Origin: Eledone cirrhosa | Lineage: Eukaryota | Assembly: GCA_964016885.1 (NCBI GenBank) | Contig: OZ024746.1 | Location: 8,866,001 to 8,930,000 of the forward strand | Direction: 5' to 3' | Length of the DNA: 64,000 nucleotides | Shown: in pieces, positions 13,411 to 27,969 of the stretch | How positions within the stretch are numbered: position 1 is the stretch's first letter | Layout: each line of letters opens with the position of its first letter | Translations under genes and position numbers: made by a program | Notes under the pieces: model-generated | Seen by the model: the letters and a program-made list of their open reading frames with translations, nothing else | What the model was told of the DNA's origin: nothing | The model's database searches: none

Positions 13411-13898
13411 ATCCATTTGTTAGATAATAGTAGTTAATACTGTATTAATCCGTCCGTCACATCCCAATGATTGCATAACTGCACATATCATTGCGTAAGA
13501 ATCTCATGAAGTCACATGAATAACCATATATATACTCCATCCACACGCACACACACACTGACTTACACCCCACTTCATGTACACACTGGTTTTCCTATTA
13601 CCCGAGCATGGAACCGCGTTCTTCCTCAAACTCTCACACTCACATCCACACATACACAAACACACGTACACCTAAACACATACACACACACACCACCCCC
13701 CGCCCTCCCCGCTCGGACCCGCTGTCTCACCCCCTCCATCCACCCACCCACCACCACCTCTACACGCCTCACACTTGTTTTCATTTAAATTTTTTTTCCC
13801 GCATTTTTATTTTTTTCCTTTCCCATTAACCCCCTTTTCAATATCTTTCCACCACTCCACCTCACACCCTTGGAACTCTTTTCCTTCCCACCTTCCTC

Positions 13899-13926
13899 CT
13901 GATGAAGGGCTTATGCCCGAAACGTC
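13899..13926 (+). ncRNA. Minimal hammerhead ribozyme core
   Basis: CTGATGA-a-gggc-ttat-gccc-GAAACGTC, with a perfect stem II and a palindromic ACGT stem III. No clear stem I partner. Confidence 0.7.
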
Positions 13927-14554
13927 CCCGCCCACTTTCAACCTAATACCAACACTGTTCGTACTGCACTCTTGTTATAGTCTTTGTTTTTTTGTTTTTT
14001 ACTACTATATATATTTACTACTATATATATTAAACTTAAGCCAAATCATCTAGAAAAAGTCGGGATACAAGAGCAGGAATTTTAAAACATTGGAAGAATT
14101 AAAGTTCCTTCATCATGAAGTGAATTATTTTTAGAAATAAGGGGACGAGTTGAAAATATATCATACATACCATTTTGTTGCTAGACTATATGGTGAACAG
14201 GGTGTTCTATCGTTGATTTATATATGAATATATTCCACACAGGGGTCAAGTTAGCGGACCGCATGGTGAAACAGCGTGTTGTAAGTAAATGCATATTTCC
14301 TACTTAATGTATGAGGACAATACAACGGGCTTATATTGACATTGGAAACAGCAGCCAAAACCGTGTAAATCAGCCCAACAAAGATGGAGCAGTCAATATT
14401 ATAAATGTAACTGTCTCTAATACTTCTCTAATATTTCAATACTGTTCCCGAGTTGATAATTTATTAATATATCTTATCCTTTCATTGAAATGTCTACGTA
14501 TTAGAGACAGTTAAATTTATAGAGCTTGAAATTAATTATATATATATAAAATTA

Positions 14555-14653
<99 letters not shown>

Positions 14654-14698
14654 TTCAAAATATAATAAATGAGAAATATCATAATCAAAGTATATATT

Positions 14699-14753
14699 TT
14701 ATTATACATATTTCAAAGGTACAATGGTGTTTCAGTACGTTTTCATCAGATAA
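14699..14753 (-). ncRNA. Hammerhead ribozyme (AT-rich family HH4)
   Basis: Minus: ttat-CTGATGA-aaacgtac-loop-gtaccttt-GAAATATGTATA/ataa. Confidence 0.65.
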
Positions 14754-15052
14754 CATATATAAGAGTTTGGATATGCGACATACCGTTAAGGTCTTGAATC
14801 TTCAATTCCTGTAGTGGCAGTAAGTTATTTCACCAACCCTCAACATGTATATACCACAAATAATATGAGAAGAAGAGGTTATGATATTTCTCACTTAATA
14901 ATATTTTGAATAATATTATAGATACTTCAGATAAATCACTGTCGAGTGCTTCTAATCTATTGTAACATTGAATTCGTTGAATAATCAACGAACCATATAA
15001 ACTTTTGGTTATATATATATATACAGTATATATATATATATATATATATACA

Positions 15053-15092
<40 letters not shown>

Positions 15093-15290
15093 GAAGTATT
15101 TCCGTAGGAAAGGTAAAGGAAAAGAGAGTGCTCTATGTAGGCTACAGAGCTTTTTAGTTATGTAATAAACAACATAAGATTAGACGGCTATATCTGGACT
15201 AAATTATAATTTTTAGCCTGGTGAATAAATAGCCGAACTTTTCAAGGGAGTACTTCCTTATATGGGAAGATTGTAGTTGTCAACGGAAGT

Positions 15291-15387
15291 ACCCCTTTGA
15301 AAAGTTCGGCTATTTATTTACCAGGCTAAAAATTCTAATTTAGTCCAGAAATAGCCGTCTAAACGGCTTGAGCTCTGCCGTCGGGGT
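15291..15387 (+). ncRNA. Complete HH1 hammerhead (U3-A8 variant; G12 mutated to T), inside the nested inverted composite 15085-15490
   Basis: acccc-t-TTGAAAA-gtt-cggctattt-loop-aaatagccg-tc-TAAA-cggc-ttgagctct-gccgTC/ggggt. Stems I, II and III all pair. Confidence 0.75.
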
Positions 15388-15399
15388 CATACTTTTTCC

Positions 15400-15431
<32 letters not shown>

Positions 15432-15488
15432 TGCAGCCTACATAGAGCACACTCTTTTCCTTTACCTTTCCTACGGAAATACTTCATT

Positions 15489-15559
<71 letters not shown>

Positions 15560-16464
15560 GAAGGGAGAGAGAGGGAGAGAGAGAGAAAGTGTAGGGGAAG
15601 TATTGTGGAGAGAAATTTACAGTAAGAAATGTAGAAATCAAGTGAGAGGAGAATATGAGAGAAGGGAAGAAAGAGGGAAAGTGAGAGAGGGATGTAAATG
15701 CAGAGTGAGTGAGAGAGAGAGAGGTTACACATACAGAGGTTACACGAATTGTCAGTCTGACTGTTAATCTATAGTTATCTATGTATATTCACCAATGATT
15801 CTATCTTCGGATTAGACCAAAATTCTGCTTCTTCTTCTTCTTCTTCTTCTAACTCCTGAGAGGGTCGAGGGGGCAAAGACCTCAAATATTCCTGGTTTAA
15901 ATTGGCTTTTATTTTTGTTTTCATGATTTTAGAAATTATTATATTAGGAGATGTAATTAGCCCAGCCCCAAGATATAAGACCAAACCCTACACGATGTTA
16001 CCATACATCACTAAATCTGAAGGATGATATTAATAGTTATATCATTTGTCTAACCAAAGCTGATACAATTCATCATATATTTGTGTTTGATAAGAATTGT
16101 TATTCCGTTTGGAAATTAATAAAAGAGGGATTTTGACCTCTGGATCACTGCCAGCTACAATTTCAGGCTAAAGGTTGAACACATCCTTATTTGCAGCTTA
16201 GATAATGCTTAGATAAGGGCATTGCATTCTTAGATATTTTATCGATAAGTTTTCGTATAATTAATAGCAGTTAGAATAGTCATAACAAGGTAAAGGTTTT
16301 AATAACCGCATTATTAATAACTCTTTACTAATAACCGTCATCAATCATCATTTATTATCGTATACACACATATTTCGCACCCATATATGCATGTGCGCAT
16401 CAATAGATTTTCTCAGTCACTGTGAAATAATAATATTTATGATGTATATATGTAACTCAAGACG

Positions 16465-16620
16465 ACGAACTCGCAGAGTCATTAAAACATTGGACAGAAT
16501 GCTTTGTGGCATTCGTTCCCGCTCTTTGCTCTCTGAGATCAAATCCCACCGGGGTCACCTTTCCCTTCTATCCATTCGAGGTCGATATAAAAATGTACCA
16601 GTCTAGTACTGGAGCCGATT
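16465..16620 (+). mobile_element. Diverged SINE family A-related copy
   Basis: CTGAGATCAAATCCC and TCCATTCGAGGTCGATATAAAAATGTACCAG. Similar old copy at ~18163-18306. Confidence 0.6.
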
Positions 16621-17304
16621 CTTCCTCTTTCCATTCTCTCACCGTTTGTCCTTCTCTGGAAGAAATCTGCTTTATTCAGACATGGAGAGGAGAGGCTCTC
16701 TATTTTAAAAAAGAATGCCTAAGAATTGCAGTATTTCAATAGGGCGTCTCTAAGACTCCTTTGGGAGTTACGGGACCATATATATGTAACTATGGTAGGT
16801 GTTATAATAATCATATTGTTCATACATATTCAGAGAAGATATAGATATTGTTTCTAGTGTGTGTAAAGGTTCACATTTGCCCAGCAAAATAATTCTGCCT
16901 ATTAAACACATGCGGAAATGTCATATAGTTGGAAAATAGTTTAAATTTAAGTGAGATATTTTTCTTTCTCAAAGGCCCTTATATATTTGGGGAATATTTA
17001 CCCCAATTTTGGGTTTTCCATATTTTCCCATTATTTAATTAGTTTTGTCTTTCGGCTGTGATTGCAGGTTGGGGTAAATGTGTTGTATTTAGTTGTCACA
17101 TCTTCCTGGTGAATCTAACCAAGTATTTTTGATTTATTAGTTTATATCATCTGCATATCTAGAGAAAGTGCGAGTTGGCTTCGTTTGTGAGGTTTGAGCA
17201 TATATATAGGGTGTCCCCCAAAATGTATACAAACTTTGATTACCTGTACAGGCAAGTGTGTGTATACATATATATTTATATGCTCAAACGTCACACACAC
17301 ATAT

Positions 17305-17363
<59 letters not shown>

Positions 17364-17553
17364 CAGAGTCGAGATAGATCGATACAGATCGAACCTTGAG
17401 CTGATCAATGGCGAAACGCGCGTCACCAACAAATAAACGTAATGAAGGAGTATCTAATCGTCCTTGTTATTTTATTTCACTATATTATATATAAGTAACA
17501 TTCAAAGACCAACCAGATGTGAGAAAACCCACAGACCCTCCATCTCAACTCTA

Positions 17554-17590
17554 CTTTTGAAAAGCAGAAGAACTGCGAAACCGGTAAAGG
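17554..17590 (+). ncRNA. Minimal hammerhead, U3-A8 variant (family HH5, element ~17518-17730)
   Basis: ctt-TTGAAAA-gcag-aagaa-ctgc-GAAACCGGTA/aag, with a palindromic ACCGGT stem III. Confidence 0.75.
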
Positions 17591-17726
17591 AACCAAATAA
17601 ATATATATATATTTTTTTAAAATAAGACTCCATTTGCATTTTCAATTTCATCTTTTTTTCTTTATACTTTCACTCGTGTAGGACACCTCGGTTATTTTTC
17701 ATTTTGTAAAAAACACCTCACTTTCT

Positions 17727-17803
<77 letters not shown>

Positions 17804-18304
17804 GCTGAGAAAGATAGGAAGATGAACCAGAGAGGATTAGAGAGATGCGAAAAGTAGGGTGTCTACCTACGAAGCTATTTCGAGAGATACATTTTGAGAG
17901 AAAATAAAATAAGAAAACAACAAAAATAAATAGAAAATGGAGATAAATCAACGTGATTAGGTTTGGACAGCCTGGAAAGGACAGCATTCATGTGAATTAA
18001 GAGTTCCCAACAAAGATTCATTCTAATTGTGAATGTTTTGAAATGAAAGAAATCAGAAATGTTAAACATATCCACGTCATAAAGTAATTATTCGCATCTG
18101 CCGTTTTTTTTAATGAATGGCTAAATTGATATGTTGATTAGCATTTTCTATTGATTTAGCAGAGGGTGATTTGGCAGAATTGTTAGAACGTCTTACAGAA
18201 TGGTTTGTGGTATTCGGTCCTCCTGCTCTTTACTCTCTGCGGTCAATTTTGCCTGTCATCCATTCGCGGTCGATAAAGAAAGTATCAGTCCAGTACTAGG
18301 GTCG

Positions 18305-18344
<40 letters not shown>

Positions 18345-18427
18345 CCTCTCTCTCTCTCTCTCACTTTCTTTCTTTCTCTCTATCCTTCTTTGGAAGAAAT
18401 GACAGGCCTCGTGTAATTTTACTCTAT

Positions 18428-18461
<34 letters not shown>

Positions 18462-18462
18462 T

Positions 18463-18505
18463 GTCAAAGTTCTTTCGTCACACATTCTGTGACCTCATCA
18501 GTGAC
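18463..18505 (-). ncRNA. Minimal hammerhead (family HH6), left arm of a fold-back
   Basis: Minus: gtca-CTGATGA-g-gtcaca-gaatg-tgtgac-GAAAG-aa-CTT/tgac. Confidence 0.75.
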
Positions 18506-18617
18506 TGGGGATTCTTTTCTTTGTTTTTGTGCCTCTCCTTTGTTCTGTCATACACCATCTTGTTTTGGTGTAGCACAGAACAAAGGAGAGGCATAAAAAC
18601 AAATAAAAGAATCCCAA

Positions 18618-18660
18618 GTCACTGAAGAGGTCACAGAATGTGTGACGAAAGAACTTTGAC
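18618..18660 (+). ncRNA. Minimal hammerhead (family HH6), right arm of the fold-back
   Basis: gtca-CTGAAGA-g-gtcaca-gaatg-tgtgac-GAAAG-aa-CTT/tgac. N7 differs between the two arms. Confidence 0.75.
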
Positions 18661-18720
18661 AATATAGGAACAACCGTCCGGTTGTGGAACCAACCAACCA
18701 ACCCGAAATTTATAAATTCT

Positions 18721-19655
<935 letters not shown>

Positions 19656-19702
19656 ATATATATATATATATATAAATATATATATATAAATATATATATA
19701 TA

Positions 19703-19762
<60 letters not shown>

Positions 19763-21455
19763 TATATATATCTTTCCTCGGTCAGATCTAACGAAATCGA
19801 TCGACTGTCGATATATAGAGAGATATAGGGGTGAGGGGTGGGGGTAAGAGAGAGAATCTGCTGGATTCTTTCTGATAAGAGAATAAGGAAGTGAGTACCT
19901 GTGAAATACTTTAAAGCCACAGGTAGATTTGAACTCAATGATTCAAGCCTATAAAATAGTAATACTGTGGTCCAGATTTCGAAGATTCTGTTGAACGTCA
20001 GCGATATTATCCTAGATAGTCCTGCTTGGATGAATCTTGAGGTTATGAGTTCAAATCCTGTCCATGTCTAGCTGGCATTTCAGCCTTCTGTGATTGGTAA
20101 ATAAGTATACATTATTGAATTAAATAAGTAATGCAATGATATAACTTTTCCTTTGAAGGGTAATGCTCCAGCAATCCACATTTAAATAATTTCATGAAAT
20201 TACAAAGAAAATAAATCATTCTTGAAGTGTATGTGGGGTAGTTTTGTACCAGGTTCAGCTTAAAAGTGTGAACTTAATAGTATTCAAACAAATAATGAAT
20301 ATTTAATGTTACAAATTCTTAGGTATGCAAATTATACTAAATCTTTTGGTCTTACGGCTTAGAATTTAATATAAATATTAACCACGAATATGTAGCACGT
20401 AAGGCTACATATTCTTGGTTAAAAATCGATTTAATTAACCCTATAGTTAAATGGAACTTTAGTTTAACGCCCCTGAAAACATATTAAAGTTGAATCGACA
20501 CTTGCTGGATTTGAACTGAGACCCTAAACGACTATTTTCCCCATAGTTAAATCCATTCTACAATTTTCCTCTTGCTAAATTCATTCTACGAACCCCCTAC
20601 ATTGAAATTCTATGTGAATATTAAAGAGTCTTCTTCATTTTCAGAACTTAACAAATTGTTCATGTTTTGTCTGTAATTGCTACTCGCTAGAACATTCTAT
20701 TTGCACACATGTGTGTGTGACATGGTTTATTTTATGGAAGTGTTAGAACTGCACAGATCTTTGGGGCATGTGTAACGACCCAATGACCCAACGAAGCCGA
20801 AGGAAACTATAGCCACAAAGCCACAGCTAGAGTTACCAAGGCGGGCTTTTTGAACCGTGGGTCCTCGAGAGAACCGATTGCCATCAGGCAAACTGATGAC
20901 CTGGCCAGTCCACCACTGATGACTGGGTTCATATTATGGAAATGTTAAATCTGCGCACATACTTGAGGCAGACACCACGGCCCAATCTGAGAAGAATTTG
21001 TAATAGGTAATGTTATATATTTTTGGCCATTGTTTACCATGTACGCCTATGTTGTATTTGTCGCAAGATGTAAACATACAGCACAATAGTAGATTTAGAA
21101 CTACACAAGCAGGGGTCAAAACCATGTTAAAATAATGACTGGTGTATGACATATCTGCTCCACTCCCCCTCACATCGCTTCATACAGTCCCAGCCAACCA
21201 GAAAATCGGAATTGACACACTACATCAACAACTGACTAATTAAGATCGTCACAGATCGACTTTTATTATATGTTTGTTCTATCAGACCTGAAATCAATGT
21301 TGGTTCTAACAGTTGGAGAATCAGTCGGGGATTCGAAATGAATATTTATGTCAGAGATTTCCATTTGATATTTCAGCAGAAAAGGGATCTGATAATGGTT
21401 CGTTAATAACTAATATATTTCTTGATTCCTGCAAATGCAGTTGCATTAGAAATAT

Positions 21456-21512
<57 letters not shown>

Positions 21513-21912
21513 CATACATATATATACATGTATATACATATATGTAAACTAATATATATGTATATACATACATATTAATATGATCATTATAAATATTTAA
21601 ACGAATAAAAGTAAACGAATGATAAACATTGATATAACCCGAACAATGAGATAAAATTAAAAAGATTCTGACTCAATTATCAGCGGGATATAAAAATATT
21701 TACAATACGATTTTGTAATAAACGCTATTACATTCTTTTAAACGAAAACTCGAATTACATTAATATTCTCTATTTGGAATATATTTCACGTCTTATTGAC
21801 ACGTAATTCCATAGCAACATTGAACTCTTCATTTGCAGAAAGATTATGAAACTGGTAGATTCATTAAATATAACAATATAACACATACGTATATATATAC
21901 ATATATATATAG

Positions 21913-21982
<70 letters not shown>

Positions 21983-21983
21983 T

Positions 21984-22028
<45 letters not shown>

Positions 22029-22031
22029 ATG

Positions 22032-22113
<82 letters not shown>

Positions 22114-22228
22114 AGAAGGTAGTACAGCATAATCGAAGCTCTGGTTACGGGCAAGCTAACGAATAATATATATATATATATATAGAGAGAGATATAGATA
22201 GATATATAGATATGAGTGTATGTGTGTG

Positions 22229-22309
<81 letters not shown>

Positions 22310-22332
22310 ATATGTATGTATATATATATATG

Positions 22333-22381
<49 letters not shown>

Positions 22382-22452
22382 ATATATATATGTATATATA
22401 TATATAAATATATATATATATATTTATATATGTATGTATATATATATATGTA

Positions 22453-22802
22453 TATTTGCGTAATATTGCCAGAATTAATAACAGAACACACTCACTGTTT
22501 GGTTGGTTTTCGCTTCTCGCTGTCTTTTATATATATATATCTGCGATCTAACTTACTCGGTCCTCAATGTTGCCATTGACTGACCGGCGGTCAAAAATAA
22601 TACAGATACAATATAGACAAACACATATATATATAGTTTAAATAATTTACATAAATCTTTCGTTGCACATCTGCAATATCGAGTTGAGGACCGAGTAAGT
22701 TAGATCGCAGATATATATATATATATAAAAGACAGGGAGAAGCGAAAACCAACCAAACAGTGAGTGTGTTCTGTTATTAATTCTGGCAATATTACGCAAA
22801 TA
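22453..22802. repeat. ~110-bp inverted duplication within (TA)n
   Basis: 22453-22565 is the reverse complement of 22685-22802. Confidence 0.85.
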
Positions 22803-22882
22803 TGACCCTCCCCAAATATAACAATATCTGTTTCGACACACGATTTCATATAAAAAACCTCGCAAAACTAATTCATCGCCGC

Positions 22883-22915
<33 letters not shown>

Positions 22916-22938
22916 GTGTATGTATGTATATATATATG

Positions 22939-22999
<61 letters not shown>

Positions 23000-23026
23000 G
23001 TATGTATATATATATATATATATATG

Positions 23027-23192
<166 letters not shown>

Positions 23193-23640
23193 TGCGTGTG
23201 TGTATGTATGAATGACAGGTTAATACGTTTGCTAAGATGTCAATTAATTATTAGACATCTTAGCAAATATATAAATATTAAAAATGGATTATATTTAACA
23301 AATTAATTCAAATATGCGTTAGGATACGACATATTGTTAACATGGATTCTATTTCATAGGAAAACTAAAAGCCTTTTGAATGACAGGTTTAGTACCTAAT
23401 TCTAATTGGCTTATCTATTACTTTCACATAGACCCTCACTCCGACCCCCATATATATATATATATATGAATAAAGTTAGTTCTTCATCAGTGATCTTCCA
23501 ACCTTCATTGGTATTTCATCGCTTTAAAGACCATATACCTCCAGTTGGTGCGAGCAACGGCTAAAGAAAGTCGTTGGGACACATAAATAAGGGGAACGAG
23601 CGAGACTGTAAACAATCAAAGATGGTAATGCAACGAAAAG

Positions 23641-23908
23641 TGAGGAAGAAGGAGTCAAGTCCCAGAATTCTATGAATATAAGTTCTGTGAAATCGTGGAC
23701 GAGAGAGAATAAAGACCATCAAACCTAGTCGAAATGTGAGCAAGGAAAGAATTCCGCACAGGTCAAACGGGAGGAAGAAGGAGTCTAGTCCCTGAATTTG
23801 GTGAACATAAGTTCTGTGAAATCGTAGACAAGAGAGAAAAAAAAAGGAACAACCAACCTGGTCAAGTGTGCGCGAGGAAAGAATTTCGCACAGGTCAAAC
23901 AGGAGGAA
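23641..23908. repeat. ~130-bp direct tandem duplication
   Basis: GAGGAAGAAGGAGTC...ATAAGTTCTGTGAAATCGT...GGAAAGAATT.CGCACAGGTCAAAC occurs twice. Confidence 0.8.
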
Positions 23909-24108
23909 GTAGGAGAGGGAGTAGCAGACAGTGAGTGAGTGAAGGGTGAGGAAGAGGCTAACAGAGAGAGTGACTTTTAGAGAGGGTAAAGGGAGGTGAA
24001 AGATACAGAGAAAGAGGAAGCAGTAAGAATGAAATAGACGGGTCACAGCGGAGGAAAATATATGTGTGAATATGAAAACAAGACGTGCTGCGTGGTTGCA
24101 AATGGGTT

Positions 24109-24819
24109 ACATAAATCAGGTATGGTCTCAAGTAGTTAATACGTCAACTATCACACTGCAATATTCGATAAATGATCATGTATTGAATTGTTCAGTATTA
24201 GCCTGAACCAATTGATTAAATAACTGAATAGAACTGGTCATTCCGTATAGTTAACCATTATGTAATAGTAGGAAAATGTATATAGCGTTTGCAGAAATAT
24301 AACTTTGAAGGCATTTCACCAGTCCGGCTTCCTGTTATTTTAAGCAATAATTGTTTCTACTTTTGGCACAAGGCCAGCAAGTATTTCAGTGCATTACTGG
24401 TACTTTATTTTATCGACCCCGTAAGGATGAAAGGCAAAATTAACCTTGTCGGGATTAACTTTGTCTTATTTTAAGCCATTATATATATATATGATTTTTT
24501 TAAATAATTTCTTCAACGTCATTGATTTTTGTTTGGAACTGAAATATTCAAACGGTCATCGACGTTTCTAGATTTGAGGCTTTTGAATGAAATGGTTGTT
24601 AGTGGCGTCTTACTGCCAATTTATAGTAGACATGCCTAACAGTATTGGAATTTTGTCTATGGCAATATTATCGTCAAATGTAAACCTTTTACAGATGACT
24701 TCAGTTATTTAATCAATTGGTTCAGTCTAATACTGAACAATTCAATGCATGATCATTTATCGCATATTGCAGTGTGACAGTTGACGTATTAACTACTTGA
24801 GACCATACCTGATTTATGT
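24109..24819. mobile_element. MITE-like element with ~120-bp terminal inverted repeats, carrying a SINE A fragment (24346-24456, minus)
   Basis: ACATAAATCAGGTATGGTCTCAAGTAG...AAATAACTGAA is mirrored at 24700-24819. No clear TSD. Confidence 0.7.
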
Positions 24820-25589
24820 TCTCGCTTTGAAGGCAGGTCTGTCATTTATAACGATTTACGCAACAATTGCTGAAATGGCAGAGTTGTTAAAACATCGTAT
24901 GAAATACCTTGCCAGATATGTTCCGGGAGATCGAATTTGCTTTAATCCCTTCTGACTCGATAAAGAAAGTACTCCTGCGCCTTGAATAATCGTCCCCCCT
25001 CCTGCTTATTAATTTTTCAATTTTTTTCAACCTCCCCTCTCTTATTCCCCCGCCTTGCCTTTCAAACTTTGCTAATCTATCCCCGTCGAACTTTTATTTT
25101 AAGTTGTAGCATTCCTGCAGCAATTAATTTTTTCTATACATTGTAAGACATTATACATGATAAAAAAAAGTACATTCCTAGAAATCGCATACGTTATAAA
25201 ATTGATAAGATGGGTTGGGGGTCTCAATATGTAAACTAAACGACTAATTCTGGTTTTAAAAAATCAACGGACATACATAACCTAAAAATATTATCGATTT
25301 TCCAACCCATCCACTTATTCCAACCTCGATTATTCTAAGCCATTCTCCCTATTATTTTGCACCCAAGAGTACAACTAACAAGCTGGATAGAGCCGTATCT
25401 CTCCCCTCATCTCTTTTGGAATCGGCTACATTGAAGTGATAAAGATCATGACAATTATTTTCAGATGCAACTATTTTGATTCGTAAAAAAGTGAGGGGTC
25501 TGTACTTTGCTGATGGGTGTGTATTAACGAGATCGGGAGTAATTATTTGTAAGATTTTGGTGAAATAAGTTCAACTAAAATAATATGTG

Positions 25590-26965
25590 CGAAAAAAGAA
25601 AAAGAAAGAGTGAAAGGAGAGAAAAAGAAAGAGTGAAAGAAGAGAAAAGGAAAGAGTGAAAGAGAAAAAGAAAGAGTGAGAGAAGAGAAAAAAAGAGTGA
25701 GAGAAGAGAAAAAGAAAGAGTGAAAGAAGAGAAAAAGAAAGATTGAGAGAAGAGAAAAGAAAGAGTGAGAGAAGAGAAAAGGAAAGAGTGAGAGAAGAGA
25801 AAAGAAAAGGAAAGAGTGAAAGAAGAGAAAAAGAAAGAGTGAAAGAGAAAAAGAAAGAGTGAGAGAAGAGAAAAAAAGAGTGAGCGAAGAGAAAAGGAAA
25901 GAGTGAGAGAAGAGAAAAAGAAAGAGTGAGAGAAGAGAAAATAAAAGGAAAGAGTGAAAGAAGAGAAAAAGAAAGAGTGAAAGAGAAAAAGAAAGAGTGA
26001 GAGAAGAGAAAAAAAGAGTGAGAGAAGAGAAAAAGAAAGAGTGAAATAAGAGAAAAAGAAAGAGTGAAAGAAGAGAAAAGGAAAGAGTGAGAGAAGAGAA
26101 AAAGAAAGAGTGAGAGAAGAGAAAAGAAAAGGAAAGAGTGAAAGAAGAGAAAAAGAAAGAGTGAAAGAAGAGAAAAGGAAAGAGTGAGAGAAGAGAAAAA
26201 GAAAGAGTGAGAGAAGAGAAAAGAAAAGGAAAGAGTGAAAGAAGAGAAAAAGAAAGAGTGAAAGAGAAAAAGAAAGAGTGAGAGAAGAGAAAAAAAGAGT
26301 GAGCGAAGAGAAAAAGAAAGAGTGAGAGAAGAGAAAAAGAAAGAGTGAGAGAAGAGAAAATAAAAGGAAAGAGTGAAAGAAGAGAAAAAGAAAGAGTGAG
26401 AGAAGAGAAAAAAAGAGTGAGAGAAGAGACAAAGAAAGAGTGAGAGAAGAGAAAAAGAAAGAGTGAGAGAAGAGAAAAAGAAAAGGAAAGAGTGAAAGAA
26501 GAGAAAAAGAAAGAGTGAAAGAAGAGAAAAGGAAAGAGTGAGAGAAGAGAAAAAGAAAGAGTGAGAGAAGAGAAAAGAAAAGGAAAGAGTGAAAGAAGAG
26601 AAAAAGAAAGAGTGAAAGAGAAAAAGAAAGAGTGAGAGAAGAGAAAAAAAGAGTGAGAGAAGAGAAAAAGAAAGAGTGAGAGAAGAGAAAAAGAAAAGGA
26701 AAGAGTGAAAGAAGAGAAAAAGAAAGAGTGAGAGAAGTGAAAAGAAAAGGAAAGAGTGAAAGAAGAGAAAAAGAAAGAGTGAAAGAGAAAAAGAAAGAGC
26801 GAGAGAAGAGAAAAAAAGAGTGAGAGAAGAGAAAAAGAAAGAGTGAGAGAAGAGAAAAAGAAAGAGTGAGAGAAGAGAAAAAGAAAAGGAAAGAGTGAAA
26901 GAAGAGAAAAAGAAAGAGTGAAAGAAGAGAAAAAGAAAGAGTGAGAGAAGAGAAAAGGAAAGAGA
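25590..26965. repeat. 1.4-kb polypurine satellite, ~22-bp unit GAAAGAGTGA(G/A)AGAAGAGAAAAA
   Basis: Directly visible; almost all purines on the + strand. Confidence 0.95.
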
Positions 26966-27613
26966 ATGAGGATGAATAAAAAGAAGCTACGTTAAATGTG
27001 AGTCGGAGGTTTAGAAAAACTACTTATAAAATATTTAATGGAAGTAAAATGTTAACTAGATATGGAAGAAACATTTGCAAAATAAGATAAACAAGACTTA
27101 AAATGTTGTGATAAATGAAATATTTTACTGATCCCGAATAGTTACATATATAAAGGAAGGAAATCCCTACAGAGAGGATGAGATAACTATTTCCTCGTAA
27201 AACTGAACAGAAGATTATATATTTTTAGAGAAAATACCTACATCAAACTTTTAAAATATATCTAGTTCTAAAATTATCTCTTAAACGAAAACTGATTTAA
27301 ATTTAATTGAAACAAAACGAAACAAGAACATGTCTTTGATTCGATCTGGACCGAAAATACGAAACAAATAACGCCTGCGTAATACAAATATAGCTGTACT
27401 AAGTTGTGATTATATCGTATCTCTCTCTGTCTCATATATATATATTATATATATATATATAATATATATATATATATAAAGGAATAAACACAGTAAATTG
27501 TGTGTTTAGAATTACAAGGGTAGTAAGTCCACATTGGTTTGACGAATATAAACTCTGAAACATACGGAAAATACAAGATAAATTAAAATGTACTGACCGT
27601 TTCAATAACTATT

Positions 27614-27700
27614 ATCTCCCGGACAGATTAGAGATTAATCTGTTTCGCCCTGAAAAGTTGTTTGTAACAGATAATCCGGAGGCAGTCCTCGGCGGGAGAT
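27614..27700 (-). ncRNA. Type I hammerhead ribozyme with long stems (U4>C)
   Basis: Minus: atctcccg-CCGAGGA-ct-gcct..gggc-GAA-ACAGATTA-atctc-TAATCTGT-C/cgggagat. Perfect 8-bp stems I and III; GUC site. Confidence 0.75.
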
Positions 27701-27905
27701 GAGATTATAAGCAACAAACACCTATAAGAGTAGGTAAACTAAATAAACACGAGGTAATTAAATACCTCGTGTGTTCGTCGTTACAAGTGGCGGGGTGGAT
27801 TGTAAAACGGCTAGAAATGATAGCCTAAATCCACCCACTTGTTAGCTCACAAATCCAGGAGCCGAAATTAAAATAAAATGTAGAATTTTACAGTCATAAA
27901 AATTC

Positions 27906-27969
<64 letters not shown>

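Noticed and set aside
14243-14280. 38-nt AG...GTAAGT mini-exon candidate
   Set aside because: Weak acceptor, no recognisable peptide; expected by chance.
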